A DNA stretch of 64,000 bases from Candidatus Latescibacterota bacterium (GTDB lineage Bacteria; Latescibacterota; UBA2968). The stretch is taken from NCBI GenBank assembly GCA_965222605.1, contig OZ244960.1:6240001-6304000 (forward strand). The letters run 5' to 3'. The notes under the pieces were generated by a model, which was not told the DNA's origin, did not search any database, and was given only the letters and a program-made list of their open reading frames with translations. Each line of letters begins with the position of its first letter. The first letter of the stretch is position 1. The position numbers were made by a program, and so were the translations under genes. This document shows, in pieces, positions 31,101-39,535 of the stretch.

Positions 31101-32687
31101 GGCGGGTATAAGTATAGAGGGCATGCTTCTTTTGCTTTGCTATCTGGCATACCGGAGGAATTGCGTAGCGAGCGAGCCCAGGCACATTATGCACAACTTG
31201 AGCAGAAGTTCGGGAAGATGGATTTTGCTCCGAGAAGAATCCAGGTGGACTTGGTGGTCTCTCCAATTGAAGAGCCAGAGGCGGAGAAAATGACCGATGA
31301 AGAATGGCTCAGGAAAATTAAAAGATACGACTCGGATGAGATATTATCAGATCCAGAAAATCTTGAAAAGGGTGGGGCCTTAGAATTTGCACGTATGTTG
31401 CAGAAGTTCGTGAAGAAAGAACCAGAACGATTTGCCCGCTTGAGCCTCAAGTTTCCAGTGGATACGCATCTCTTCTACTTAGAACACACACTATGCGGTC
31501 TGAAAGAAACAAACGGCTTCACCGAACTCAAACTCGAGGTATGCCGCAAAGCGTACTCCGAATCACGCGATAAATATGGAAAGGCAATTACTGACTTATT
31601 GGGTTCCATCAGAGATCAGCTTCCCGATGATGCCGTGCAGATGCTCAATTGGCTGGCAACCGGGCACTCCGATCCGGAGAAAGAATTGTGGATTGAAGAA
31701 ATTGCAGGCGGTACACCCGACTATAGAGAAGATATTCTTAATCACGGCATCAACACGACACGCGGACGTGCAGCCGGGGCAATACGCGATCTTATTCGAT
31801 GGGATGCCTCGTACATTGACCGCTTTCGTGCGACTATAGAATGGTTGGTCAGGGATAATAGTTTATCTGTTCGCGCATGCGCGGCCTCAATACTCTTATA
31901 TATCACGAATCACGATTGGGAATTTGCTTTCGAGCAATTTGCCAGGCTCATTGAACCTCAAGACGATCAAACTGATAGTGACTGCTTGCTAGCGAATCCC
32001 TATGTGGATCATTTCATCTATCATGGACTACGCGATCACTTCGGGCGTTTTCAAGACGTTATCGAAAGAATGTTGAGGTCAGAACTTTCTGAGATAAGCG
32101 AAGCTGGTGCTCGGCTGGCGAGCCTTGCTGTACTTTATGAGCACGACAATGCCGAAGACCTTGTAGAAGAAGCAATACGTGGCAATGCTTCGCAAAGACG
32201 TGGAGTGGCTCAAGTGGCATCTGCAAATATTGGACGTAAGGATTGCCGATCATGGGCAGAGCCAAAACTTCTGCTGTTTTTCAATGACCGCGATAGCGAG
32301 GTCTGTCAAGAAGCGGCAAGATGTTTCGGCAGATTGGAAGGACAATCTCTTGAGTCTTACGAAGACCTGATAAACAAATTTTGCGATAGCGCGGCCTGTC
32401 AGAAAAACTCGTTTTCTCTACTGCATGCCCTTGAGGTATCCTCGCACCAGTTGCCCGGTATCACACACATCGTATGCGAGAAGTTTCTCAAACGGTTTAG
32501 CGACGAAGCGAGGGATATTCATACGGGACGAGCACTGGATGTTACTTTCGTGCCAAAGTTGGTGTTCAGAACATACCACCAACATCAAAACGACGAGTGG
32601 GCGCCTAAATGTCTTGATCTGATAGATCAAATGTGCCTTGAGAGAATGTCTGGGATAGGGCAGAAGTTGGATGAATACGCAAGGTAA
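28131..32687 (+). CDS. Avs-like STAND (NACHT-type) NTPase with N-terminal PD-(D/E)XK/Cap4-like nuclease and long helical C-terminus
   Basis: GNRYE..W, IRIED..IDKAEF...EFHQAK; Walker A GRAGGGKT, Walker B VLIIDQLD, FGHEAFFDY; about 900 aa of HEAT-like repeats. Confidence 0.8.
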   Translation: MPLPGGPADKIGNRYELWWTVSQFVRIINGEVESIRIEDPTIDKAEFVVTAGGCREFHQAKRIHPDGKWSLSSLQSLLHTMFNQLSTSTNTRFVFVSGSEARELKELTERAVDAKDLEEFESVFVRAKSQKQNFNRLKDVWNTDTDTAYEILRRIEVRTIDEIGIGDQVRDSLAVRFNQPDNVCDALRSVAEDSIHEEINYERLISYLKGKRFTLRQLINRNDAPSLINEVTSRYLRARRKLIQGSLIPRSSTQDLLAKIKENATNGADCVLTGRAGGGKTGCVIECVEALQQSNDAAVLAFRLDRIEPVSSTKELGERLGLEESPALVLETAAESLSRDAVLIIDQLDAVSTTSGRSSDFFEVVEDLLDEVRGLRNSVKFHVVVVCRKFDWENDHRLRRSLGENHIEVSITDFSIDEVKSVLQNGGFKAELFETRQLELLCLPQNLSLFLDTDYDLSSRPPFFTQKDLFDRYWDEKRQAVKNRIASLSDRWMDVIQMLCDKMTESQQLSVLRETLDQFSPDYRDSMVSEGVLSFDQNRYSFGHEAFFDYCFARGFVAKDESLTEFLKKSEQHLFRRAQVRQVLIYLRDADPERYCQELRALLTDENIRYHLKDLAVAVAVVMPNPEEAEWNVLEPWIESELEAIKSSTPNTDKFASLVWDRFFSSQPWFQIADEKGLVAGWLSSNKEALVDMGAYYARFHQRHAGDRVADLLKPFVGKDGNWPQRFKSIMQSADLGSSRRFFDLFLRLIDDGTLDGVPGSTDNNRTLVDRWPGLIRAPLDWIPELINHWLLRRLSIIQEACAPGESPNWRNLFNPDDSVSKYIYDSANQFPDKFVQHVLPVILKISDIAISQDYKDLPKPDTVWMFWPDSEYDPIEEVCRKAVALVVEKLAEKKSDRIAEILEKLRVRETYMANYLLLRAYTAGGKYFADDAVSELCDKNWRFRCGYSDSPYWIAIQLIEAVTPLCSEDNRAKLEKAIWDYTPYYESIPGGYKYRGHASFALLSGIPEELRSERAQAHYAQLEQKFGKMDFAPRRIQVDLVVSPIEEPEAEKMTDEEWLRKIKRYDSDEILSDPENLEKGGALEFARMLQKFVKKEPERFARLSLKFPVDTHLFYLEHTLCGLKETNGFTELKLEVCRKAYSESRDKYGKAITDLLGSIRDQLPDDAVQMLNWLATGHSDPEKELWIEEIAGGTPDYREDILNHGINTTRGRAAGAIRDLIRWDASYIDRFRATIEWLVRDNSLSVRACAASILLYITNHDWEFAFEQFARLIEPQDDQTDSDCLLANPYVDHFIYHGLRDHFGRFQDVIERMLRSELSEISEAGARLASLAVLYEHDNAEDLVEEAIRGNASQRRGVAQVASANIGRKDCRSWAEPKLLLFFNDRDSEVCQEAARCFGRLEGQSLESYEDLINKFCDSAACQKNSFSLLHALEVSSHQLPGITHIVCEKFLKRFSDEARDIHTGRALDVTFVPKLVFRTYHQHQNDEWAPKCLDLIDQMCLERMSGIGQKLDEYAR

Positions 32688-32780
32688 TACCGGGCCAAGT
32701 GTTATTCCACCAGACCATCTCGAGTCAGGATGACGGCCAACGTTCTCTTATCACAGGTTTCATAACCGAGATGCAGTGCA

Positions 32781-32905
32781 GCAATGTTGACGCTCGATGC
32801 ATGGGTGTGCGGAACAAGATTATTCCAGATATGCGTGCCACAATGGCACCGAGCCTGACTTTATCGAGAAGGAAAACCGATTCACTGTGCGGCTTTGGAA
32901 TAAGC
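32781..32905 (+). pseudogene. C-terminal remnant of an AlbA_2/HATPase_c_4-type (RecG C-terminal-like) protein
   Basis: NVDARCMGVRNKIIPDMRA, then frameshift, then NGTEPDFIEKENRFTVRLWNK. Confidence 0.5.
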
Positions 32906-32994
32906 CAGGGGACACGCTGGCGTATCAGCCACTCTGACGAGCGGTATCCAACATTCAAAGACGCAGCAGTCTGAAAGAGGGGAGGAGGCACGAG

Positions 32995-34542
32995 GTGGAA
33001 CCATTAGGTTATATCAAGGTCAAAGAATTTCTTGAAAGAACTCGTGGAGCTGTTCGCGGATACGTTATTACAGACGCCAAATACAGAACATTTTCCGCGG
33101 ATTATCAATATCGAGAAATTCATGATGGGTTTTTGATCGTTTCACGTAAGGATGGTACTGGGGATGAAGTAAAGATCAAATCGGAAATCGAACTCAATGA
33201 AGGGTTAGTCTCATTTTTTGGGCTGTATAGCGGAGACGGCGCAAAGGGTAGTGAGGACAAGCATAATTTAGGGGTCATTAAGCCCTCAATTTCATTTTCG
33301 CAAAGGGAATCAAACCTCGTACGTTTTGCAGTAGAACAGTTTCGCAAAATATTTTCAGATGGAATACGGTTTACGTTTTCATTGGGAGAGGATAGTGCCT
33401 TTTTTATGGCAGACGAAGGCTGGGACAGATTAAAAAATTATTATGGGGGATATATTCCAGAAACACCTCCTCTCTCAATAGTCCGACAATCATTAAGTGC
33501 TGCCGATAAGAAGTATTTAGCAGAAAGCCGAGATGTGCCTGGCACCAACGAAGACCATTTAGCCTTCTATTATTTTCATAAGAATGCTATGCAGGAAATT
33601 CTCGCATATGAAAAAGAGATCGATTTGAAAAAAAGCGGATTAGTTTTAGATCGGGCAGATACAGTCACAGCTTCTTTACGGCGACCATTCAAAAAAGGTG
33701 CCCGAGAACCGGGCGGATCCAGCAGGTCTGATGAAATCTATATTGGCGGCCTTAATAGGTTCGGCGAGTTTTTCCTTAAAATGCTTTACGAGATGGAAGA
33801 TTCCATCCATGCGGATACCTGGGTTTCTCCCCAAGGGCTTATTCAATGGATAGACAAACCATCATCTATAGGGAGGGATATTGACGTTAAAGCATTTTTC
33901 TCGTTACATCCCTACGGAAATCTCGCTGGTAATCGCCCAAAAATAATAGAAAATTTTGGTATATTAGAAGGTATGTGGCCAAGGTCCAGAAGGCTTATAC
34001 TCAAGCCAACTTTGCGGATAGATCCCCTTTTCTGTTATATCTCAGGGCTCTATTTGGCCGAAGGATCAACCCCGAAATCCAAAATGTTTGCAATGTTTTC
34101 TCAAAAGGTTACAGGGATGAGCTTGGCGTTTACTTCATCAGAAGACAGAAGCCTTGATTTGATTTTGAGAGCCTTACAGAAGTTATTTCAGAAAGATGAT
34201 TGTGTTGCCACCTGGAAAATCAAGGTTGGATCGCAGTATTTCCCTGAACTTGTTATGATTGGTCTCAAAAACGGCGTACCGATGCTGCGGGGTGGTCGGA
34301 GTGGAGATGGTAAATTGCGTACAATGGAAATTTCGACGGCATTAAAACCCTGGGCTTTAGATACAGCACCAGCTCTTATACCCTTTGAAGATAAATTCTC
34401 CCATGTAGAACCTACGGGCGCCGGTCTGGCCAGATTAGATTTCTCCGCGTCTCCTACTTTGTGTAAATGGTTTTTCCCGTTGCTGATGTTTGCTACATTT
34501 GGGGATACAGTAGAAGACCCCTCCGAGGCGTTTACCTTATGA
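32995..34542 (+). CDS. free-standing two-motif LAGLIDADG-like endonuclease (putative)
   Basis: LVSFFGLYSGDG...ISFSQRESNLVRFAVEQFRKIF and FCYISGLYLAEG...LAFTSSEDRSLDLILRALQKLF; RBS GGAGGAGG. Confidence 0.65.
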   Translation: MEPLGYIKVKEFLERTRGAVRGYVITDAKYRTFSADYQYREIHDGFLIVSRKDGTGDEVKIKSEIELNEGLVSFFGLYSGDGAKGSEDKHNLGVIKPSISFSQRESNLVRFAVEQFRKIFSDGIRFTFSLGEDSAFFMADEGWDRLKNYYGGYIPETPPLSIVRQSLSAADKKYLAESRDVPGTNEDHLAFYYFHKNAMQEILAYEKEIDLKKSGLVLDRADTVTASLRRPFKKGAREPGGSSRSDEIYIGGLNRFGEFFLKMLYEMEDSIHADTWVSPQGLIQWIDKPSSIGRDIDVKAFFSLHPYGNLAGNRPKIIENFGILEGMWPRSRRLILKPTLRIDPLFCYISGLYLAEGSTPKSKMFAMFSQKVTGMSLAFTSSEDRSLDLILRALQKLFQKDDCVATWKIKVGSQYFPELVMIGLKNGVPMLRGGRSGDGKLRTMEISTALKPWALDTAPALIPFEDKFSHVEPTGAGLARLDFSASPTLCKWFFPLLMFATFGDTVEDPSEAFTL

Positions 34543-35528
34543 TTGACTATATTATTATTCCAGGTGTTGATGTTTCTACGCTAAAGATCGTTCCACAACA
34601 CGGGCGTTGGCTCAGAGATTGGTTATTGGACATTGAAACAGAAATCTCTAATGATTCTGTTTCTTCGGCATGGTGTCTTCAAGGAATTTTGGTTGAGCTT
34701 GCTCTTTTCGGATGCGTCCAGACGGATTGGGAAGGGATCATCAGGGAATTATTAAAAGATGAAGAGGGAAAACCGCTTGCGTACTCAGCAAGGTATGAAA
34801 AAAAATTACACAATTTCTCTCGTCAATGGAAACAAACGCCTATCCACGCTATCTATACGCATTGGTGGATTGATAGATACAATGGTTCTGACGCCAACAA
34901 TATCAATGCCTATAGGGACTTGATCAAACGCTGTATTCAGCCAAGTGGTTGGATCTATAATCCCGATGTCAGTCCGACAGATCCCCGAACAAGAATGAAA
35001 GCTGAATTGATGCTCTCTCTTTCTATGGGCGTAGAAATACTGTCCGCTCAGGGCTTAGATCAGACCCAAAAGTCTCTGTTTGAGGCCATCCTGAGTTCGA
35101 CAAATGTAACTGGCTATTTGAGTGCAGAGTGTTTTAGAATGCGTACTCTCCAGATGCTGTCGGCTACCTATTTGGCACCTTATGGCCTGGGAGAAATTAT
35201 TGATCCCTGTGAAGCAGAAGAAGGCTATTGCGATTTCTCAGTAGAATCAAAAGTCGATGATTATATGGGAACGGCCAAAAGGACATCGCGCGACAAGCCC
35301 ATACACTCAGCCATCTCTGCTTTGCATGCTCGTCAAATCGCAAAATATTGCGATTTAGAAACCCAACAAGCAGTCCAATCGAGACTCTCAAATTTTGCTG
35401 GCTATCTCTCAGCGTATCCACTGGATATTCCGGCGTTTCGGATGAGAGATATCGATGTTCCCTTTGGAACAGACCTCTCCCCTTTAGAGATATTTGCCGC
35501 CTCTCACATCATTTCTACCACCGGGTAA
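34539..35528 (+). CDS. hypothetical alpha-helical protein (possible alpha/alpha-toroid)
   Basis: ATGA overlap; 329 aa; CIQPSGWIYNP and CEAEEGYCDF resemble QxxxGW/GF prenyltransferase/cyclase repeat turns. Confidence 0.7.
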   Translation: MIDYIIIPGVDVSTLKIVPQHGRWLRDWLLDIETEISNDSVSSAWCLQGILVELALFGCVQTDWEGIIRELLKDEEGKPLAYSARYEKKLHNFSRQWKQTPIHAIYTHWWIDRYNGSDANNINAYRDLIKRCIQPSGWIYNPDVSPTDPRTRMKAELMLSLSMGVEILSAQGLDQTQKSLFEAILSSTNVTGYLSAECFRMRTLQMLSATYLAPYGLGEIIDPCEAEEGYCDFSVESKVDDYMGTAKRTSRDKPIHSAISALHARQIAKYCDLETQQAVQSRLSNFAGYLSAYPLDIPAFRMRDIDVPFGTDLSPLEIFAASHIISTTG

Positions 35529-35529
35529 T

Positions 35530-38289
35530 ATGAACACATCCGAACAGAGTATCTTGCACTTTAAGGAGTTTGATGATGCGGAACAGGTGCATCTCAAACT
35601 CAAGCCTTATATTCAGCCATTCGAGCAGCTTCTCGCTCAAGGCGAGTTGTACGGTCTTATAGGCGACAGTTACGCGAAGTATCCGTTCTCTAAGCCAGCA
35701 GATCAACAGGTTACACTCGCCCAAAAGAATCTCAAACAAGATCTGTTTAGAAGACTTGCTTATTGGGAACAAATCGGAAATTTGGCACTGGAGCCAACAT
35801 TTCAGATTCTGCTCGAGTCAGAAAAACACTTAACCGACTTAAGTGGTCAAAGCAACTTCAAATTTCACAAATCTCGAAAGTTGCGATACGGGCCGCATGG
35901 CATACACGAGTATCGGGGCAAATTCTTTCCTCAGTTGGTCAAAGCCCTGATCAATTTTGCAGGCTTACAACCGGGGGAGGTCGTTATTGACCCCATGTGT
36001 GGAAGTGGCACGACGAATATTGAAGCCCGATCAATGGGTATGCAAACAATCGGTGCAGATCTCAATCCGCTGTCAGTGAAAATATCTCGTGTAAAGACTT
36101 CTGTTTTTGATCTTGATCTCGCGTCTATTAATACGCACTTGACACGATTTTTGACTGCGATCAAAGAGACTGATATTCGCAAATCGGTCGCCGAATATCC
36201 CTGGAATAAAGACGACACCACCTATCTAAACAGATGGTTTGCCCCAGAGGCCCTCAAAGAGTTGGCGTTTATCCTTACCAAAATTGCAGACACAACGGAT
36301 AAAAAGACGCGGAGGTTTTTGCAGGTTTGCCTGAGCAATATTATCAGATCCATATCCTGGCAAAGAGAATCTGACTTGCGCGTCCGAAAGGAGATTACCA
36401 ACTATACGCCGGGCATGGCAATACAACTCTTGTCCCAAGAAATCAAGAAGAGCATCGCAAAAATCACAGCTTATTTATCTTGTTTTAACGGAATCAAGAC
36501 ATTCCCTCAGTTTACAATTCAAGAAGGTGATGCACGCAATATCCACACTGTTTTTCCGACGTGGGTAGGCAAATGTGATGTTCTTATTACATCGCCCCCT
36601 TATGCAATGGCCCTCCCATATATTGATACCGACCGCTTGAGTTTATCAACGTTAGGACTACTCCCTCGAGGTAGCCACAGGGCGCGTGAGTATGAGATGA
36701 TTGGAAATCGGGAGATCACAAATGCTCAACGGCAGGCATTATGGGAAAATTATCTGGCAAGAAGAAATGGGCTTCCCAAAAACGTAAGGGAGGTTGTCGA
36801 AACAGTTGACGAAGCAAATAAACGCGAGACGGTCGGGTTCCGCAGAAAGAACCTGTCTGCGCTTCTTGGGCGGTATTTCCTGGATATGTCAGATGCCATG
36901 CAGAATGCACTCAAAATGATGCGTCCAGGCCATTTCGGTTTTTACGTCGTTGGAAACAACAGTACCACAATTGATGGCAAACGATTTGAAATTGAGACCG
37001 ATAAACTGGTGTGGGAGATTGGAAAAAAGGTTGGCTGGAAGCAAAGGAAGATGCTCAATATGGAGTTGCTACCCTCGAGAGATATTTTTCGGAATAACAA
37101 GGGATCATCAGAATCGATCCTCTGGTTTCAAGCTTCAGGAGAGAAGCTCCAGAGAAAAGCCATCTACGGAGCGACGAGTAAGCAGATTGAGAATTTATCC
37201 AATGGAGATTGGGATTTTCACAAAGAGAATACGCAACAGCATTTACATGCAATCCATTCCTATCCTGCGCGATTCATTCCGCAAATTCCTAATAAAGCCA
37301 TAAGAACTTGGACCAATCCTGGGGAAGTTGTCCTCGATCCATTCTGCGGATGTGGAACGACACTTTTGGAAAGCGTTATTTTAGGACGGGAGGCCATAGG
37401 TATCGATAATAACGCTGTGGCTTGCTTGATCAGTCGGGCAAAGGTTGCTGATTATACAGATGAAGACATCAAAATCTTGACAGATTTCTTAAGCAAGATA
37501 GATGAGAAACTTTCGACGCTTTCCAAGCCGCTTGAACTCCCCGAATACCATAATGTATCATATTGGTTCAGTGATGATGCCCTAAAAGACTTGGGTAAAA
37601 TCAAGGCTATCATCAATCAATTACCAGAAAAACCAGGTGCCTTTGCGATGGCGATATTTTCGGCCATTATCGTTCGGGTTTCAAACCAAGATAGCGATAC
37701 CCGTTATGCGCGAATAAAAAAATCCTATGACCAAGGCAATGCAATCGAATGGTTTAAAAGCCGCCTCGTAGATGCTCTCAAACGTCTCAAAGCAATCGCC
37801 ACCTTATCCAAGGCTCAAGCAGTTGTTCACTGTATTGATGGTCGAGACCTGAGCGTTATACCTGATGGCAGCGTCAATTTGATCGTGACTTCGCCACCTT
37901 ATATCAACGCCTATGACTATCATAAATATCACCGTCACAGGTTGCACTGGATTGATGGAAGTGTTGAACTCGCGAGAGATACAGAAATCGGAAAGCATGA
38001 CACGTTCACCCGCCCCAAAGCCACGCCAGATCGTTATTTTGAAGACATGCAAAAATGCTTTGCAGAGTGGCAACGGGTCTTAACTCCTGATGGAAAGGCT
38101 TTTGTTGTTATCGGCGATGGTATTGTAAATAAAACACCTGTTCCTGTAGGAGATAAGTTCGTTGAGATCATGGAACAGTTAGGACTTAAGACCGCGGATC
38201 GATGGATACGAACGCTCCAAAAATCTAAGAAATCCTTTAACCAACATGGTCGAATTGACAAAGAGCATGTCCTCTTATTTGAGAAATGA
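35530..38289 (+). CDS. tandem double amino-DNA methyltransferase (N4-cytosine type, motif I before motif IV)
   Basis: Domain 1 HEYRGKFFPQL..DPMCGSGTT..ITSPPY; domain 2 HSYPARFIPQI..DPFCGCGTT..VTSPPY. Confidence 0.9.
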   Translation: MNTSEQSILHFKEFDDAEQVHLKLKPYIQPFEQLLAQGELYGLIGDSYAKYPFSKPADQQVTLAQKNLKQDLFRRLAYWEQIGNLALEPTFQILLESEKHLTDLSGQSNFKFHKSRKLRYGPHGIHEYRGKFFPQLVKALINFAGLQPGEVVIDPMCGSGTTNIEARSMGMQTIGADLNPLSVKISRVKTSVFDLDLASINTHLTRFLTAIKETDIRKSVAEYPWNKDDTTYLNRWFAPEALKELAFILTKIADTTDKKTRRFLQVCLSNIIRSISWQRESDLRVRKEITNYTPGMAIQLLSQEIKKSIAKITAYLSCFNGIKTFPQFTIQEGDARNIHTVFPTWVGKCDVLITSPPYAMALPYIDTDRLSLSTLGLLPRGSHRAREYEMIGNREITNAQRQALWENYLARRNGLPKNVREVVETVDEANKRETVGFRRKNLSALLGRYFLDMSDAMQNALKMMRPGHFGFYVVGNNSTTIDGKRFEIETDKLVWEIGKKVGWKQRKMLNMELLPSRDIFRNNKGSSESILWFQASGEKLQRKAIYGATSKQIENLSNGDWDFHKENTQQHLHAIHSYPARFIPQIPNKAIRTWTNPGEVVLDPFCGCGTTLLESVILGREAIGIDNNAVACLISRAKVADYTDEDIKILTDFLSKIDEKLSTLSKPLELPEYHNVSYWFSDDALKDLGKIKAIINQLPEKPGAFAMAIFSAIIVRVSNQDSDTRYARIKKSYDQGNAIEWFKSRLVDALKRLKAIATLSKAQAVVHCIDGRDLSVIPDGSVNLIVTSPPYINAYDYHKYHRHRLHWIDGSVELARDTEIGKHDTFTRPKATPDRYFEDMQKCFAEWQRVLTPDGKAFVVIGDGIVNKTPVPVGDKFVEIMEQLGLKTADRWIRTLQKSKKSFNQHGRIDKEHVLLFEK

Positions 38290-38347
38290 GTGAATCGGAA
38301 CACGATTCTCAACCTTGTGATCTATCTTGACATAAGGAATCGAAAGC

Positions 38348-39400
38348 ATGAACCAAGAATCACGCTGTCCAATCTGGAATACACCAGCTTCCGGAGAATC
38401 TCTTTTTAATAAAGGGATAGATTCGCCTCGTGCGGGCGGAAGGTACCTCATTACTCTGGAAGCTATTACACTCTTGCCGCAAATTGATGACCGCGTTAAG
38501 GCGCGCTTGACCTCGTGGTTGGTCGATCAGCGACGATTGGGCGTCGAATGTCCGGAAATATTCCAGGAAACGATCAAGATGGTGGAAAAGCAAGAAGATT
38601 TGTCCGTCCACGAGCGTGCAGATCGACTTCTCCAGTATATTGGAGATCAAACTGAAGAGATTGGTCACCGTGTTTCGTTCACAGTTCCCGATATGTCCAA
38701 CACAGCGATAGCAGCGTGGTCGGAATCTGTCGAACGGCAGGAGGTAGAAGTTCTATTAAATTATTTGGGTGAGCAGGGTTGGATAAAAAGCAGTACAGAG
38801 TATAAACATAATACCCTAACAGTCGAGGGATACGCTCGACTTGAAGAACTTGAGACAACGAATGCCGAATCATCAAAAGGCTTTGTAGCCATCTCAGATG
38901 ATTTGACGACTCTACCGACGGAGCCTGGGAAGAAGGTATTAGACGCGGAATCGAAGATGCGGGATGTTTTCATAATTCATGGACACGATGATGGCACAAA
39001 AGAAACTGTCGCTCGATTTATCGAGCGACTCGGGCTAAAGCCTATTATCCTTCATGAACAACCCAACCAGGGACAAACGATTATTGAGAAATTTGAGCGA
39101 TATGCTGAGGTTGCATTCGCCATTGCTCTCCTGACTCCGGACGATACTGGTGGCCTATCGAAAGACGAACAGTCTCTCAAACCACGCGCACGACAAAATG
39201 TCATATTTGAGTTTGGATATTTTATGGGCAAGTTAGGCCGCCAGCGAGTTTGTGCATTAAAAAAAGAGAATGTCGAGACACCCTCCGACTATGACGGTGT
39301 GCTATATATTGCCTTTGATGAATCTGGCGCATGGAAGATGGAACTTGTGAAAGAATTGAAGAACGCGGGATTTGATGTTGATGCGAATCTGGCAATCTGA
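38348..39400 (+). CDS. TIR-like (CAP12/Pycsar-type) nucleotide-binding domain protein with wHTH-like N-terminus
   Basis: VFIIHGHD, ILHEQPNQGQTIIEKFE, LLTPDD, RARQNVIFEFGYF, PSDYDG. Confidence 0.85.
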   Translation: MNQESRCPIWNTPASGESLFNKGIDSPRAGGRYLITLEAITLLPQIDDRVKARLTSWLVDQRRLGVECPEIFQETIKMVEKQEDLSVHERADRLLQYIGDQTEEIGHRVSFTVPDMSNTAIAAWSESVERQEVEVLLNYLGEQGWIKSSTEYKHNTLTVEGYARLEELETTNAESSKGFVAISDDLTTLPTEPGKKVLDAESKMRDVFIIHGHDDGTKETVARFIERLGLKPIILHEQPNQGQTIIEKFERYAEVAFAIALLTPDDTGGLSKDEQSLKPRARQNVIFEFGYFMGKLGRQRVCALKKENVETPSDYDGVLYIAFDESGAWKMELVKELKNAGFDVDANLAI

Positions 39401-39432
39401 ACGTCGTGGAACAGGTCTTGGGACTTTTCCAG

Positions 39433-39475
39433 GTGTTTGTCCACCAATCATTTAGCCTCACAAAATTAATTGATC
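39433..39475 (+). repeat. island-internal repeat, copy A (matches 43825-43873 and 39972-40002)
   Basis: GTGTTTGTCCACCA.T...TTAGCC.CACAA shared with 43825. Confidence 0.65.
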
Positions 39476-39535
39476 ATGCTAAAGGTCTGGCCGAGAGGAA
39501 GTTATGTATTCGAGTTGCTTTCCCGATGTCCTATG

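Noticed and set aside
32699-32974. 91-aa ORF as a real gene
   Set aside because: Better explained as a frameshifted C-terminal remnant of an HATPase_c_4-type gene.
32995-34542. Intein- or intron-encoded homing endonuclease
   Set aside because: No Hint motifs or interrupted host gene; it has its own RBS and is coupled to the downstream gene.
38348-39400. CBASS/Pycsar/Thoeris system
   Set aside because: No cyclase, STING/cNMP-binding domain or ThsA nearby.
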